Sequence record: SRR22947727_660
Length of the DNA stretch: 42,717 nt
Strand: one strand, 5' to 3'
Position numbers and translations under genes: made by a program. Shown here one piece after another: positions 11,101-21,058 of the stretch; the first letter of the stretch is position 1; every line of letters starts with the position of its first letter. The notes under the pieces are model-generated. The model was not told the origin of the DNA. It saw only the letters and a list, made by a program, of their open reading frames with translations, and did not search any database.

Positions 11101-12694
11101 AGTCATAGAAAATAACAGAAACTTTACAATGAAAGATATACAAGGTATTGAAAATAGATTAAAAAATCTTGAAAATATAGTTTCACTTTCAATTTTAGAA
11201 ACACAAGCATTAGCTGAAGATGTAAATGATAGAACTAAACTAGGATTTATAGTTGATGATTTTTCTACATCAACTGATAATGTTATACAAGATTATACTT
11301 TATCAACTGCTACTGCTTCGTTAAAAGATAAAACATTAAGACCAGTTTCAGTTTCAACCAGTGTAGATATGGAACTATTAGATAGTACTGATTTAGGTTT
11401 AAAAAGAAGTGGTATAGATCCTTTTTATTTCAAGAAAGGTTTTATAACTAAATCATATACTCAATTTCCTAATGTAGAAAATAATGATAACGAATATGTT
11501 TCACAATTGCAAGCTTCTTCGTCAATAAAAGTAAATCCATATTCAACTAGTACATATACAGGATACATAACTTTAGATCCTGCAAGAGATACTATAAAAA
11601 TAAAAGCTGGCAGACAAATTAGCAAGTACACTATTGATAGAGAAGGTATTGTTAATGATTCAGATGTAACTTTACAAGAATTTGAAAAACACGTTAAAGC
11701 TGTTCCAATGTCTGATAGATGGGCAGGAGATTGGGAAGACTTAGGAGCTGTATCCACAATGTCAGCTTCAAGAGGTAATTTTACTGTAACTTTAGATTCC
11801 CAACCACAGATAAAAAATACTTTTCAAAAACAATTTGTAACAAGAGACAAAGCTAACCAGTTTGACAGAGAAGATACACATATAGATACTAATGCATTTA
11901 TACCATCAAGAGAAGTTATATTTAATGCTGAAGGTTTAAAACCTAACACAACAATGATTGCAATGTTTGATCACAGAGTTGTAACTGATAAATGTATACA
12001 AGCAGATGATACGTCTGGAGCTTTAAGTTTCATAGGCAGCACAAGTGGTGTGTTGAAAACTGATGGATTTGGTTTAATAAGAGGTAAATTTACAATTCCA
12101 GCAAATACTTATAAGACAGGAAATCATATTTTTACTCTCAAAGACGAAACATCTATTTCAACAGCTCAAGCAAAATATACTGCTGGTTCTTCATATGATA
12201 TAGGCAATTTGTCTAAATTTAGAACAGATGGCATAGAAGATGTTATAGTTTTGACAGAAACAAGATTAAAAACTTTTAATAAAGTGTCAAAATATTTAGG
12301 AAGAGTTATTGCTACTGATACTAATGAAAATACTTACGAGGGTAACTCGACAAATAGAGGAGTGACTCAAACTTCAAATGTTATGGATGACATTCACGCA
12401 GCTAATAATATAGCAGATCCTTTTGAGCCGGCTTCAAATGGAACATTAGATTATTCAGATTTTTCTTCTCATGGAAATATACACAGTGGTATTGAAGGTC
12501 ACGTTCAAAATCTTCACACATCACACATTAATAGTATGTATTCTAACGATGCTGATGGCTATAATGGCGGCGGTAACAACGGAGGTAGTAACACTGGTGG
12601 TCCAAACTCAAATGATGCTAATTCACATGGAGGTGTAGATGGTCCAGGAGGTGCAGATAGTAGTGATGCTGGTATGGGAGGAGAAGACGTATGA
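8132..12694 (+). CDS. large virion structural protein, VrlC/DUF4815-like (N-terminal part)
   Basis: N-terminal N.SPYFDDF....F.RVLFRPG..VQARELT..Q..LQ.Q, APGAHR and TMKDI..IE.R...LE...SLS.LE...GF.VD.F motifs, typical of the large structural protein after gp8 in marine T4-like phages. Confidence 0.8.
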   Translation: MANIDLNISPYFDDFDEDKDFLRVLFRPGFPVQARELTTAQTILQEQIKRTGDFLLKDGARVTGAKIEFDKKPKRLSLTGSSNTSFPASAARSSSILSNIQDIENLVISNSDGTVKAIVMTSPTGINKVTSIGNLYIKYITSNEFDSAGGFIYATLADNPLLSAELYNTYSSISSCSLAHIDEGVYYVQGFFTRVKQQTVVVDNSSNNPNVKLGFTVSETLVTPNTDTSLFDNARGSSNEGAPGAHRLQQTLAFSIRSLSADTDPNFFEVMNIQNGISVQQTSTTDNIGGGISKAFSDRIYETLGSYQVSPTNLTYNYTDSDSTFAYTFDRIKAYVNGDRFQSKGKTSIVAPKPESTLKVNSETVDITGVPYINIDIETNSALPGFVSATSNNPHLHTNRLLLQDSDNKTYGYARAYSLVNLSTNDTRLYLYDVKFFQKLKLQGTPHVLGIGYDIKTINDTSAYYTELENTGSSDTNWVGDSDILLIDHNKNFRVGQTISSSVDKSLSKTIVSVESYSWNNITNIAGKSGTFYAKIKSNSKIQNNNSQLIGLVPGIVRTARDDSKVFDNDFEVLMPNPPVIAGTGGKISITPKTTDSYISTATANGDYVRTRIDDGNEVTKKLKYAYVKIRNGASRSTSINYGWTTNDREMTLIYSDIHKVQGLSQGTVNNEFSHFNQININIAGGGIIPQGSLIIGAISRTYAIVALSNTSLNETELTNTNGYHTTRSGTGSTTVIEIIKRDNSKSFITNENLIIVVPNDKDTFTNTVTFESNRIKVATNVTETFGNRVEQNYFVDDGQKNHIYETGKLIRKRLIQSPSKGDLTIFFSYYEDQDATNKFYYSADSYLNGGFGKSNPVFNNKIVQIKGNEVINGISRKNIIDFRKKLQPNTNTGLNSFHFNHKVFENRSSIIPGIGNSFDSKSKFTFTFEEYLSRYDVLYINSGANKQISRLSGLPARDPQVPKFTNAMGMKLATVKVPGAFKVFSQLSKVIENNRNFTMKDIQGIENRLKNLENIVSLSILETQALAEDVNDRTKLGFIVDDFSTSTDNVIQDYTLSTATASLKDKTLRPVSVSTSVDMELLDSTDLGLKRSGIDPFYFKKGFITKSYTQFPNVENNDNEYVSQLQASSSIKVNPYSTSTYTGYITLDPARDTIKIKAGRQISKYTIDREGIVNDSDVTLQEFEKHVKAVPMSDRWAGDWEDLGAVSTMSASRGNFTVTLDSQPQIKNTFQKQFVTRDKANQFDREDTHIDTNAFIPSREVIFNAEGLKPNTTMIAMFDHRVVTDKCIQADDTSGALSFIGSTSGVLKTDGFGLIRGKFTIPANTYKTGNHIFTLKDETSISTAQAKYTAGSSYDIGNLSKFRTDGIEDVIVLTETRLKTFNKVSKYLGRVIATDTNENTYEGNSTNRGVTQTSNVMDDIHAANNIADPFEPASNGTLDYSDFSSHGNIHSGIEGHVQNLHTSHINSMYSNDADGYNGGGNNGGSNTGGPNSNDANSHGGVDGPGGADSSDAGMGGEDV

Positions 12695-14538
12695 TAGGTA
12701 GTATAGCACAAACTTTTACTTTACCAGGTGTATTTGCACAATCGTTAGGTTATGATGCAGATGGCATTCCCTTTAATAAAACAACATCTAATGATGAAAA
12801 TTCTATAGCAGTTAGAGATGCGTGTTTTGTAACTTCTGTAGATATATTTTTTGACTATGTAGATTTGAATAGCAATCAAAATTATGTTAGAGTAGAATTA
12901 AGAGACACTAGACCTGATGGAACTCCAGGTAGTGTTGTAGTAGGTTACGCTTCTAAATTTTTAACAGACAGTGATGGTTCAGCTGTTGGCAGAGCTACTG
13001 CAACAACAGTATCAAATTTTAGATTCAATTCACCTGTTTACTTATTAGCTAGTAAAATTTATTCTTTAGTAGTTAAAACTAGATCACCTTTAACAAGCAT
13101 TTATGTATCTGAATTAGGTAAAACTGATATTACAGCTGGAAAAGGTGGTTTAATAAACAGACCTCCAGTTATAGGACAAGCAGGAGGAACACTTTATACG
13201 TCTGATAATGGTTTTACATACATACCTATTCCAACTAAAGATATGAAATTTAGATTGTACAAAGCTAAATTTGATACAACAACTAATGAAATAAATTTAA
13301 GATCTAAACTTTCAAAATTAGCTGTTAACATAGGTAAGTTAAACGATGGTATTCCTATAAGAACTTTCAATCACTCTCCTTATGTTTTGGTAAAACACCT
13401 TAACCACGGTATGTATGGAGCAAATCAAAAAGTTGTAATATCAGGTGTAGTAGGATCAAACGGTACTAGTTTGTTAGGAGGTATTCCTATTGATCAAATT
13501 AACACTCAAAAAGATGCAGCTTTAGACGGATTTGTAAAATCTCATGATGTACTTTATCCTTTTCAAAATGGATACTTTATAAAGGTTACACAAAACGCAT
13601 CTTCTAACGAAGATGGTGGTGGTTTAAATGTACTTGCAACTTCTAATTTACAATATAGTAATTTATATTCAAATCTTAATGCAGTGAATAATGAATTTAC
13701 AAGAATTGATACTAAAATAAAAAGTACTTCAGGTACTACTTTAGATAATGTAATTACTAATAATTTAAAAGTATTAGATACTACTCATCAAGATTATAGA
13801 TCTACAGGATCAAAAGATGATAGTTTTTCTCACATTGAAGCAGATAAAAATGTATATTTTGATAAACCTAAAAGTATACTTTCCTCTGTTAACTCTACAA
13901 CTAGTACTTTAGATATGAATATAATTATGAATACAGCTAGTGAAAATTTTTCTCCGGTTATACCAGTTGAATCTAACGAGTTTAACATAATTAATAGAGT
14001 CAAATTGTTAAGAAATAAAGTAGGTCAAAGTCCTGATGATTCTGATTTAGATAATAATTACTTATCGTTTCAAAATTCAAGAGCTAATGATAGTGATTTG
14101 TTAGGCGAAGGTGACTCAGACAATACTGACAAGCAAGAAAAAGTAGCTTCATATTATTCTTCATTATATGCTAGTAAAGTAGATCATTCTGATTATGTAA
14201 CTAAATTGGTTAGTTTAGAAACACCAGCAGATACTATAATTGTAAAATTTTCAGCTGATATGAATCCTTCTAATGAAATTGAAATATCCTTTAAAGCAAA
14301 GAGATTAGGAGATAATAAAAATATTAATGATCAAGATTTTGAAAACTTTAAACTTAATCAATTCATTAATGAAACTAATTTTGGACAATTTAATTCATCT
14401 GAAAATTTTAAAGAATACACAGCTGAACATAAAGTTGGTGAAGACTTTACAGATTTTATAGTAAGAATAAGAATGAAAACTAAAAATGAATCATATGTTC
14501 CTAGAATTAAAAATTTAAGGATCATTGCTGTTGCTTAA
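12691..14538 (+). CDS. virion structural protein, C-terminal part of the VrlC/DUF4815-like protein
   Basis: Starts with IAQTF..., then FVTSVDIFF, F.F.SPVYL, DMKF.LY.A.F, H.NHGM and Y.TK.V.L. It ends P.IKNLR.IA, as in the C-terminal half of this family. ATGA overlap with a GGAGGAG RBS at 12677-12683. Confidence 0.75.
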   Translation: MIGSIAQTFTLPGVFAQSLGYDADGIPFNKTTSNDENSIAVRDACFVTSVDIFFDYVDLNSNQNYVRVELRDTRPDGTPGSVVVGYASKFLTDSDGSAVGRATATTVSNFRFNSPVYLLASKIYSLVVKTRSPLTSIYVSELGKTDITAGKGGLINRPPVIGQAGGTLYTSDNGFTYIPIPTKDMKFRLYKAKFDTTTNEINLRSKLSKLAVNIGKLNDGIPIRTFNHSPYVLVKHLNHGMYGANQKVVISGVVGSNGTSLLGGIPIDQINTQKDAALDGFVKSHDVLYPFQNGYFIKVTQNASSNEDGGGLNVLATSNLQYSNLYSNLNAVNNEFTRIDTKIKSTSGTTLDNVITNNLKVLDTTHQDYRSTGSKDDSFSHIEADKNVYFDKPKSILSSVNSTTSTLDMNIIMNTASENFSPVIPVESNEFNIINRVKLLRNKVGQSPDDSDLDNNYLSFQNSRANDSDLLGEGDSDNTDKQEKVASYYSSLYASKVDHSDYVTKLVSLETPADTIIVKFSADMNPSNEIEISFKAKRLGDNKNINDQDFENFKLNQFINETNFGQFNSSENFKEYTAEHKVGEDFTDFIVRIRMKTKNESYVPRIKNLRIIAVA

Positions 14539-14701
14539 TAAAAATTTAAAAAGAATAAATGGTGCTATTATTAATACAGATTCTTCATTGAGAAATAAAA
14601 TAAAATTAAGAAGAGATAAAGAAAAAAGAATTGACAAGATGGAAGAGAAATTAAATAATATAGAAACATTATTAACAAAATTGTTGGAAAAAAATGGCTA
14701 A
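14531..14701 (+). CDS. small coiled-coil hypothetical protein (56 aa, TTG start; absent from the ORF track)
   Basis: Manual translation (L)LNKNLKRINGAIINTDSSLRNKIKLRRDKEKRIDKMEEKLNNIETLLTKLLEKNG*. It fills the gap and overlaps both neighbours. Confidence 0.6.
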   Translation: MLNKNLKRINGAIINTDSSLRNKIKLRRDKEKRIDKMEEKLNNIETLLTKLLEKNG

Positions 14702-15431
14702 TACTTTACTTTCAGATTATCTTACAAAAGCTGGTTCTATTAACAGACCATCTATTACAGATCCTGCAAACAACAACGCAGTTGTTTCTGAGAACGATTA
14801 CACAGTTAATAATAACACTCGTGTAAACGTAGGATCTTCACCAAATGCTAACGATGGTGATCCTTTAAGAACAGCCTTTCAAAAATTAAACAATTTTATT
14901 GAAGCAGTTTATAGAGTTAATGTAAATGTTAATACTGATATATCAACTTTAAGTTCATCTGGAACTTTTTTAGGAGCTAAAAGTTATGTAGAGATAACAG
15001 GGTTATCTCCTAATAACAACGATACAATAATATTAGATCATGTTATAACAACAACTAATCCTGATTTAACTCCTGTATATACAAACTTTATTACAATTGA
15101 AAGTTTTACATTGTCTAATGGTGTTTATTCAATAGCTGGTGGTTCATTTTTAAAATACAATAATACAAAATCAAAATTTGAATTAGATCATAATAACGGT
15201 GGAAGTAATGTAACTTTTGACTTTGATGGTGCAGTTTCTAGATTAGCTCAAGGTTTAGCTAATACAACTTTAACTAGTTTAGAACAACAACAATTATATT
15301 CAGAATATCAAAAATTAAATCAAGGTGCTTCTAATAGTAAAAGACTTCAAGCAACTACAGTTGAAGATGCAATAACTGAGTTGACTGTTAAATCTAGTAC
15401 ATCAGGAAGAGACGCAGGATACTATGCATAA
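14694..15431 (+). CDS. baseplate/fibre-associated structural protein with a gp9/gp10-like motif
   Basis: VNVGSSPNANDGDPLRTAFQKLN resembles the gp9/gp10 N-terminal trimerisation motif. ATTVEDAITEL fibre-like motif near the C-terminus. Confidence 0.55.
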   Translation: MANTLLSDYLTKAGSINRPSITDPANNNAVVSENDYTVNNNTRVNVGSSPNANDGDPLRTAFQKLNNFIEAVYRVNVNVNTDISTLSSSGTFLGAKSYVEITGLSPNNNDTIILDHVITTTNPDLTPVYTNFITIESFTLSNGVYSIAGGSFLKYNNTKSKFELDHNNGGSNVTFDFDGAVSRLAQGLANTTLTSLEQQQLYSEYQKLNQGASNSKRLQATTVEDAITELTVKSSTSGRDAGYYA

Positions 15432-16462
15432 TGGCTATTGTAAACAAATACATAGGTTTTTCCGTTGCTACAGAAGCTGAATTAAACAACGCTGATAATG
15501 ATTCTGATTTTGGTGTAAATCAAAACAGAAGTATCAAAAAAATTAATTCCAACTATGACATCCAAGCAGGTATATCAAATACTTATATAAATGGATATAT
15601 AAACCAATACGGATCCTCAGCTAATTTTTCAACTAACGAACAAAGACTAGTTCAAAATTTAATTAGAGAATCAATTAATACTAATGGAATAACTATTCGT
15701 TATATGCCTAGACATTCCACACACACAGATTCTGTATTCAACGAAAGACCTGAATCAAGTTTTCACAAAGGTTTAAGTATGGATATGATGTTGGTTGCTG
15801 CTGCAGGTTTCGAAGGTGAAGGCGATGTAATGACTAACTATGGAATTGAATTTAGAGAAGAAGTTATTTTATCAGTAGCCATAAACAACTTTGAGAACAA
15901 ATATAAAGATTATGATAGTGATTTGTCAGATAGTGATTCTTCAATGTACAACAGATCTAGACCATTAGAAGGTGATATTATAGTTGTACCTTTTGGAAGA
16001 TCAGCACAAAATAAAAAAAATTATGTACCAAAAATGTTTGAAATAACACGTGTAACAACATTTCACGATGGTGCTTTTTTTCAGGTAGGTGATAACTATC
16101 AATATAAACTTAGATGCAAGTTATTCGAACTTTCTGGAGAAGATATTGGATTCTCTCCAACAGCTATTACTTACAACACAACAACTGGTGCAGAAGAAAC
16201 ATCTACTAATGAAGTTGTTGCAAGAGCTAAAGCAGGTTACAATTTTGAGGACAGTGATACGAAAGCATTAAACATAGTTAGAGATTCAGATACAATAACT
16301 GATTCATATGCTAATAATAGAGCTATAGAAATAAGAGCTCAAGAAAAAATAGTATACAATGATCAAGGTGAAGTATTTTCAAAGAATAGCGTTGTTGTTG
16401 AAGACTACGGAACTTCAGCTCACAATCAACCAGGAATAATAAACCCTTTGGATAAAGATTAA
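15431..16462 (+). CDS. gp14: neck (head completion) protein gp14
   Basis: EQ.LVQ.LI.ESI...G....Y.PR, RP.EGD.I..P and F.Q.G..Y.YKL.C.LFE.S.E motifs. Located immediately before gp15. Confidence 0.85.
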   Translation: MAIVNKYIGFSVATEAELNNADNDSDFGVNQNRSIKKINSNYDIQAGISNTYINGYINQYGSSANFSTNEQRLVQNLIRESINTNGITIRYMPRHSTHTDSVFNERPESSFHKGLSMDMMLVAAAGFEGEGDVMTNYGIEFREEVILSVAINNFENKYKDYDSDLSDSDSSMYNRSRPLEGDIIVVPFGRSAQNKKNYVPKMFEITRVTTFHDGAFFQVGDNYQYKLRCKLFELSGEDIGFSPTAITYNTTTGAEETSTNEVVARAKAGYNFEDSDTKALNIVRDSDTITDSYANNRAIEIRAQEKIVYNDQGEVFSKNSVVVEDYGTSAHNQPGIINPLDKD

Positions 16463-17308
16463 ATGTTAGGTACACATTTTTACAACGAGTCTATTAAAAC
16501 GTCAGTTGCAGTTTTTGGAAGTCTTTTTAATAATATTGTTATTAAAAGAAGAGATGGTAAGATGCTTCCTGTACCTATTGCATATGGTCCTAGACAAAAA
16601 TGGTTAGATTCACAAAAACAATTTAAACCTTCTGAAGAAATGTTTGAAAAACTACTTCCAAGAATGTCTTATGAAATTGTTGCAATGAATTATGATCCTA
16701 GTAGAAAATTAACTAATAAACAATCAATGATAAGAACACCAGATGGTCTTAGTGATCCAAGACAAAGAATAAATGTTCCTGTACCTTACAATTTAGATTT
16801 TACATTAAACCTAACAGCTAAAACATTGAATGATGGGTGGCAAATTTTAGAACAAATACTTCCTTTTTTTACTCCAGCTTACACTGTTAAGGTTAGACAC
16901 TTCCCAGAAGATACAAGTAGTTTGACACCAACACCAACAAATACTTTTGATCAAACATTTAATTTATTAGCAGTTACGTGGGCTGATGATTATACTGGTG
17001 ATTTAGGAGATAGAAGATTTATAGAATGGACATTAGAATTTCAAACTAAAATATGGATGCATGGACCAGTAGCTCCTACAACTGTTATTTTAGATTCAAG
17101 AGCAATTGTGAGTGTACCACCAACAGGTGTACCAATAAATAAAATGAATAGAGCATCAAGTCAAGATGGAATAGAAACAGGATATGCTCATCAAATAGAT
17201 TCAGAAACATTATTTAGCAATGATTCTGACAGAAGCCCAACTATACTTAATTTGAGTGATAGTGATGGTAATATAATAAAAATAGTAAGAGATTTACCGA
17301 ATAAATAA
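16463..17308 (+). CDS. gp15: tail sheath stabiliser / tail terminator gp15
   Basis: M.G..FY.......V..FG.LFN.I, P.AYGP..K.L, LPRMS.E, PVPYN..F.L and Q.LEQILP.F.P motifs. Confidence 0.92.
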   Translation: MLGTHFYNESIKTSVAVFGSLFNNIVIKRRDGKMLPVPIAYGPRQKWLDSQKQFKPSEEMFEKLLPRMSYEIVAMNYDPSRKLTNKQSMIRTPDGLSDPRQRINVPVPYNLDFTLNLTAKTLNDGWQILEQILPFFTPAYTVKVRHFPEDTSSLTPTPTNTFDQTFNLLAVTWADDYTGDLGDRRFIEWTLEFQTKIWMHGPVAPTTVILDSRAIVSVPPTGVPINKMNRASSQDGIETGYAHQIDSETLFSNDSDRSPTILNLSDSDGNIIKIVRDLPNK

Positions 17309-17311
17309 AAC

Positions 17312-18742
17312 ATGGCAAGTAAAGATTTAATTAATATAGGAAGCGCTCCTGACTCAGGTACAGGAGACACAATTAGAAAAGGTGGTCTAAAGATCAACAA
17401 CCTTTTCGCTGACATTTATCAAAATTTTGGTGACAACCCAATTGGTAATGATCCAAAAGGTAATAATTATGGATATAGGAAAATTTACTCTGAAGGTGAA
17501 TATAAAGTTGGAGAACTTTTTGGAGCAGGTAAATTTAGAAGAGTAGTTTTTCAAACTGATTCTGATAGTGCTACTAAAAGAGCTGATGGTTCATTTAAAT
17601 TTTTTCATAATAATGAAGGTTATTTTATAAATGATTCTGAAGGAACAATATATTCAAATAACAATACAACTATTCCTGCTGCTTATGATAGTAAAGAATG
17701 GTATTTTTTATCAAGAGGTGAACAAATTGTTCCTGATTTAACTCAAATGGATTCGGAATATTTTCACTGTGTTCTTCCTTTAGCAAAAGCAGGTGATAGA
17801 ATAATAATAAGAGATAGCTTAGGTCACATAAGTCAAGATAAGCCTTTGTCACTTTGGACAACACCTTACGAATGGCAATCTGTATCTCAAATAAACGAAT
17901 GGATAACAAACACCCCTGAAGCTGGTTTAAGTCCTGATTCAGATACTTTTCCATCTGTCAACCATGCAAAAATTTTAAATCCTGGAGCTACAATTCCTGT
18001 AAATGCATCATTAAGAATACCACAAATATCTAACTCAGATATTGTAGCTATGAGTACATACGAAAAAGTTCAGTACGGTGGTTCTAACGGAGCTAGTATA
18101 ACTCCTAACGTAGATGTGTCTAACGTAACATTTAACGAACAGTACACACAAGTAGAGTGTAATTACTTAGGTGTTGATAAAGGTTGGACATATACAAAAA
18201 CTATAATAAGTAATGCTGGTGATACAAGTTTAAGACACACTGTAGATAATTTTACAAACAGGGAATGGTTTAAGTGGACAAATGCAGATTTAAATGATTC
18301 AGATTCTGTTATATTGCAAAATCAATATTTGTTACCTGTTATGAGTACTAAGGGTCAAAGAATACTAGGCAACAATACTATGCCAGTATTCAAAGTATAT
18401 CAAGATGTAGGTTATGATTCAGACGAATTTGGAAATAAACTTCAAAACTTTTTTGCTTCTTACGAAACAGCCAATTCAGAAAACATTACTGGAGATGGAA
18501 ACGACAACATTTTATACAGTAACAAGTTTGATTCAGATTCTATTGTTCAAAGAAAATATAGAAGAGCTCAAATAGCAACACAACATGGTACTTACGATAA
18601 CGGTGTAAACAAACCTATCGGTAGTTGGTATAACGAAATTAATTTACCTTCAATATGTACTAAAGATGGTATGTTAATTTTAATTTCAAATTATCCATTT
18701 AATGGAAGAGTAGAAATTTTTGTTAAGGGAAGTATTGAATAA
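17312..18742 (+). CDS. gp10/gp9-like baseplate or fibre-connector protein
   Basis: N-terminus LINIGSAPDSGTGDTIRKGGLKINNLFADIY..FGD matches the T4 gp10/gp9 N-terminal pattern. An LP....GD.I.I.D motif follows later. 7 DS[D/E]. Confidence 0.65.
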   Translation: MASKDLINIGSAPDSGTGDTIRKGGLKINNLFADIYQNFGDNPIGNDPKGNNYGYRKIYSEGEYKVGELFGAGKFRRVVFQTDSDSATKRADGSFKFFHNNEGYFINDSEGTIYSNNNTTIPAAYDSKEWYFLSRGEQIVPDLTQMDSEYFHCVLPLAKAGDRIIIRDSLGHISQDKPLSLWTTPYEWQSVSQINEWITNTPEAGLSPDSDTFPSVNHAKILNPGATIPVNASLRIPQISNSDIVAMSTYEKVQYGGSNGASITPNVDVSNVTFNEQYTQVECNYLGVDKGWTYTKTIISNAGDTSLRHTVDNFTNREWFKWTNADLNDSDSVILQNQYLLPVMSTKGQRILGNNTMPVFKVYQDVGYDSDEFGNKLQNFFASYETANSENITGDGNDNILYSNKFDSDSIVQRKYRRAQIATQHGTYDNGVNKPIGSWYNEINLPSICTKDGMLILISNYPFNGRVEIFVKGSIE

Positions 18743-20055
18743 TGGCTAATCCAAACATTGATTCAGATTTTAGCAGAGGTTATTATCAACACAGAAGAAC
18801 ATACAGTTCTAATGTAAATGGTGATGGAAGACCTTTAGCTTCTGATATATTAGAAGGTGAAATAGCTGTTAATCTTTCTACTGAAAAAATGTATACTAAA
18901 AAGAATGCATTTAATACCGTTGATTATAATTCATTACTTAACAAGTTAGTAACTAAAGCTGGAATATTATTAACAATAACTCCAATACCCAGTTCTTACA
19001 TTGGTCAAAAAATAGGAATTAATTTTAACAATGGAACCAAAAGTTTTTATACTATTGATTCAGACGATTCTTCGCAAGTAACTAATTTTATAACTAGTTT
19101 AGCAACTCATGTTAGTTCTAATCATACATCTGTTTCTGTAGTAAATGGTGCTGCTTTAGGTACATTTGGAAAAGATACTCAAATATTAATTTACAATAAT
19201 GATTCAGATAATAGTATGTCGCATGATTTAGATTCTGATTTTGTAAGGTTTGTAGATCATAATAAAACTACTGTTTCAAGATACATACAAGACGAATCTG
19301 AAGATACAGATATATTTACTGGAAGTGGTACTGTAAATTCTAATTCGTTTATACAAACATACAAGACTGTTGGTTCTGTCAAATCAGTTACTTCTTCTGG
19401 TCGACCTTTGTACAAGGATGTAACAAAATCAAACAATAGTTACTTTGTAACAAATTTGATTATTACTTCAGGTGGATACAATGAAGGAACAGATAAATTT
19501 AGAGCTTTTATTGATACAAATACACCTGTAATTTTAGATTTAAGTCAATCTGTACCATCAGTTTCAAACACACCTCCTGTAGTCAGTACAGAATCAGGCA
19601 GTGGAGGAAACAGCGGTGATTTGTGGATTCAACCTCCTGGCATTCAAAACGATAGTGAACCTTCGTTTTTATATTGGTTAGATTTATCAATTATTAATAG
19701 TTCAAGAGCACAAAACAAAGCACGTTCATTAAACGATTCAGATAGAACATCTAATGGAATAGTACTGTATGATTCAGATGGAGCTGGTAATGAAAGATAC
19801 GGTGAATGGAGACAAGTACAAAGTAATTCATTTTTAATTACAAGAAATTTAGGTACAACATCACAAATTCAAACTTTTGATTCTGATTCTACAACTATAT
19901 TTAACGGTAATTTTAATGTAAAAGATGGTACATTAAGAGCAGGTTCTAGATTTGAATTTCAAAACGAAATGTTTACAAAAATAAAAAGACTTAGAATAAA
20001 AGATGTTAATGGCACTACACAATTTACAATGGTTGGTTTAGACTCAGATAATTAA
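18742..20055 (+). CDS. tail fibre-like structural protein
   Basis: N-terminal RP....I.EGEIAVNL...K.Y.K motif common at phage fibre N-termini. Ser/Thr/Asn-rich, with 9 DS[D/E]. Confidence 0.6.
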   Translation: MANPNIDSDFSRGYYQHRRTYSSNVNGDGRPLASDILEGEIAVNLSTEKMYTKKNAFNTVDYNSLLNKLVTKAGILLTITPIPSSYIGQKIGINFNNGTKSFYTIDSDDSSQVTNFITSLATHVSSNHTSVSVVNGAALGTFGKDTQILIYNNDSDNSMSHDLDSDFVRFVDHNKTTVSRYIQDESEDTDIFTGSGTVNSNSFIQTYKTVGSVKSVTSSGRPLYKDVTKSNNSYFVTNLIITSGGYNEGTDKFRAFIDTNTPVILDLSQSVPSVSNTPPVVSTESGSGGNSGDLWIQPPGIQNDSEPSFLYWLDLSIINSSRAQNKARSLNDSDRTSNGIVLYDSDGAGNERYGEWRQVQSNSFLITRNLGTTSQIQTFDSDSTTIFNGNFNVKDGTLRAGSRFEFQNEMFTKIKRLRIKDVNGTTQFTMVGLDSDN

Positions 20056-20100
20056 AAAAAAAGTTATGTTTTTACTATAACAAAATAAAAGTAGGATATT

Positions 20101-21030
20101 ATGACAGTAAGAAGACCTTTTAAAATAGATGGTACAACAGGACTAAAACAAATGTCCGACGGCGAGTTAGATTACGTTTCATACGTAACACGTGTAGCAT
20201 ATGCTGCTCTAACAAATGGACCAGGACACTTAACAATTAATTCAGCCCCAGCTGGATATTCTAGTATTGGAGCTGTTACTGATGAATCAAGATCTGTGGG
20301 AAGATCTCAAAGTAACATTGGCGATGTACATGGTGTAGGTCCATCAAACTCAAATGTAGCTGTACCAGGAACTGAAAGTAGTGTAACTTACACATTATCA
20401 CAAAATTATAATAACAGCAACGATGTACCTTCATCAACAAATTGGAATTTAGGACCATTGGTAGCTGTTGATGCTTCTTTTAATAACGTACAACCTTTAG
20501 GTTACATTGATGGTGTTCAAACTTTACAAGACGTTTATGATACTTTAATTGATCCACTTGTACAAGATATAGAAGGTGGTGGCGTTGGTATTTTTAAATT
20601 AGCTACATCATCGCCTGGAGGCGATTGGACTAGTACAGGATTTTCTATGGCTAACAGAGCTGTGAATCCAGCTAACTATTCAGGTCCTAGTACAACTACT
20701 TATACACTTTATAAAAGAACTTCTGAAACTTCGCCATCAGTTGTTCGTCCAGTAAGAACTGATAGCAATACTGGTTTTAAAGAAATGTCAGATGCTGAAA
20801 TAACTAATTATACTTTACCATTATTGTACAACAGAATAAATGAAGGTAACAGATTAGTTTATACATTTGGTGCTGATTCTTCAGGTATTGATGCAGGTTC
20901 ATATACAGAAACACATTATGATGGTAGTACAAATGCATCAGCAGGACAATTAGTTTCTGGTCATACATATTACAGAGCTGTAACAGGTTTATCATCAAAT
21001 GTACATTACTTAAGGTTACTCAACACATAA
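20101..21030 (+). CDS. putative virion structural protein with an internal repeat
   Basis: Ser/Thr/Gly-rich. Internal repeat VRRPFKIDGTTGLKQMSDGEL / VVRPVRTDSNTGFKEMSDAEI. Located within the structural operon. Confidence 0.5.
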   Translation: MTVRRPFKIDGTTGLKQMSDGELDYVSYVTRVAYAALTNGPGHLTINSAPAGYSSIGAVTDESRSVGRSQSNIGDVHGVGPSNSNVAVPGTESSVTYTLSQNYNNSNDVPSSTNWNLGPLVAVDASFNNVQPLGYIDGVQTLQDVYDTLIDPLVQDIEGGGVGIFKLATSSPGGDWTSTGFSMANRAVNPANYSGPSTTTYTLYKRTSETSPSVVRPVRTDSNTGFKEMSDAEITNYTLPLLYNRINEGNRLVYTFGADSSGIDAGSYTETHYDGSTNASAGQLVSGHTYYRAVTGLSSNVHYLRLLNT

Positions 21031-21058
21031 CACACATAACAGCGCATAGGATTATATT

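Noticed and set aside
20101-21030. Expected DS[D/E] enrichment in this putative structural protein (and in 14694-15431)
   Set aside because: None was found. Recorded as a counter-example: the motif is not universal among presumed virion proteins.
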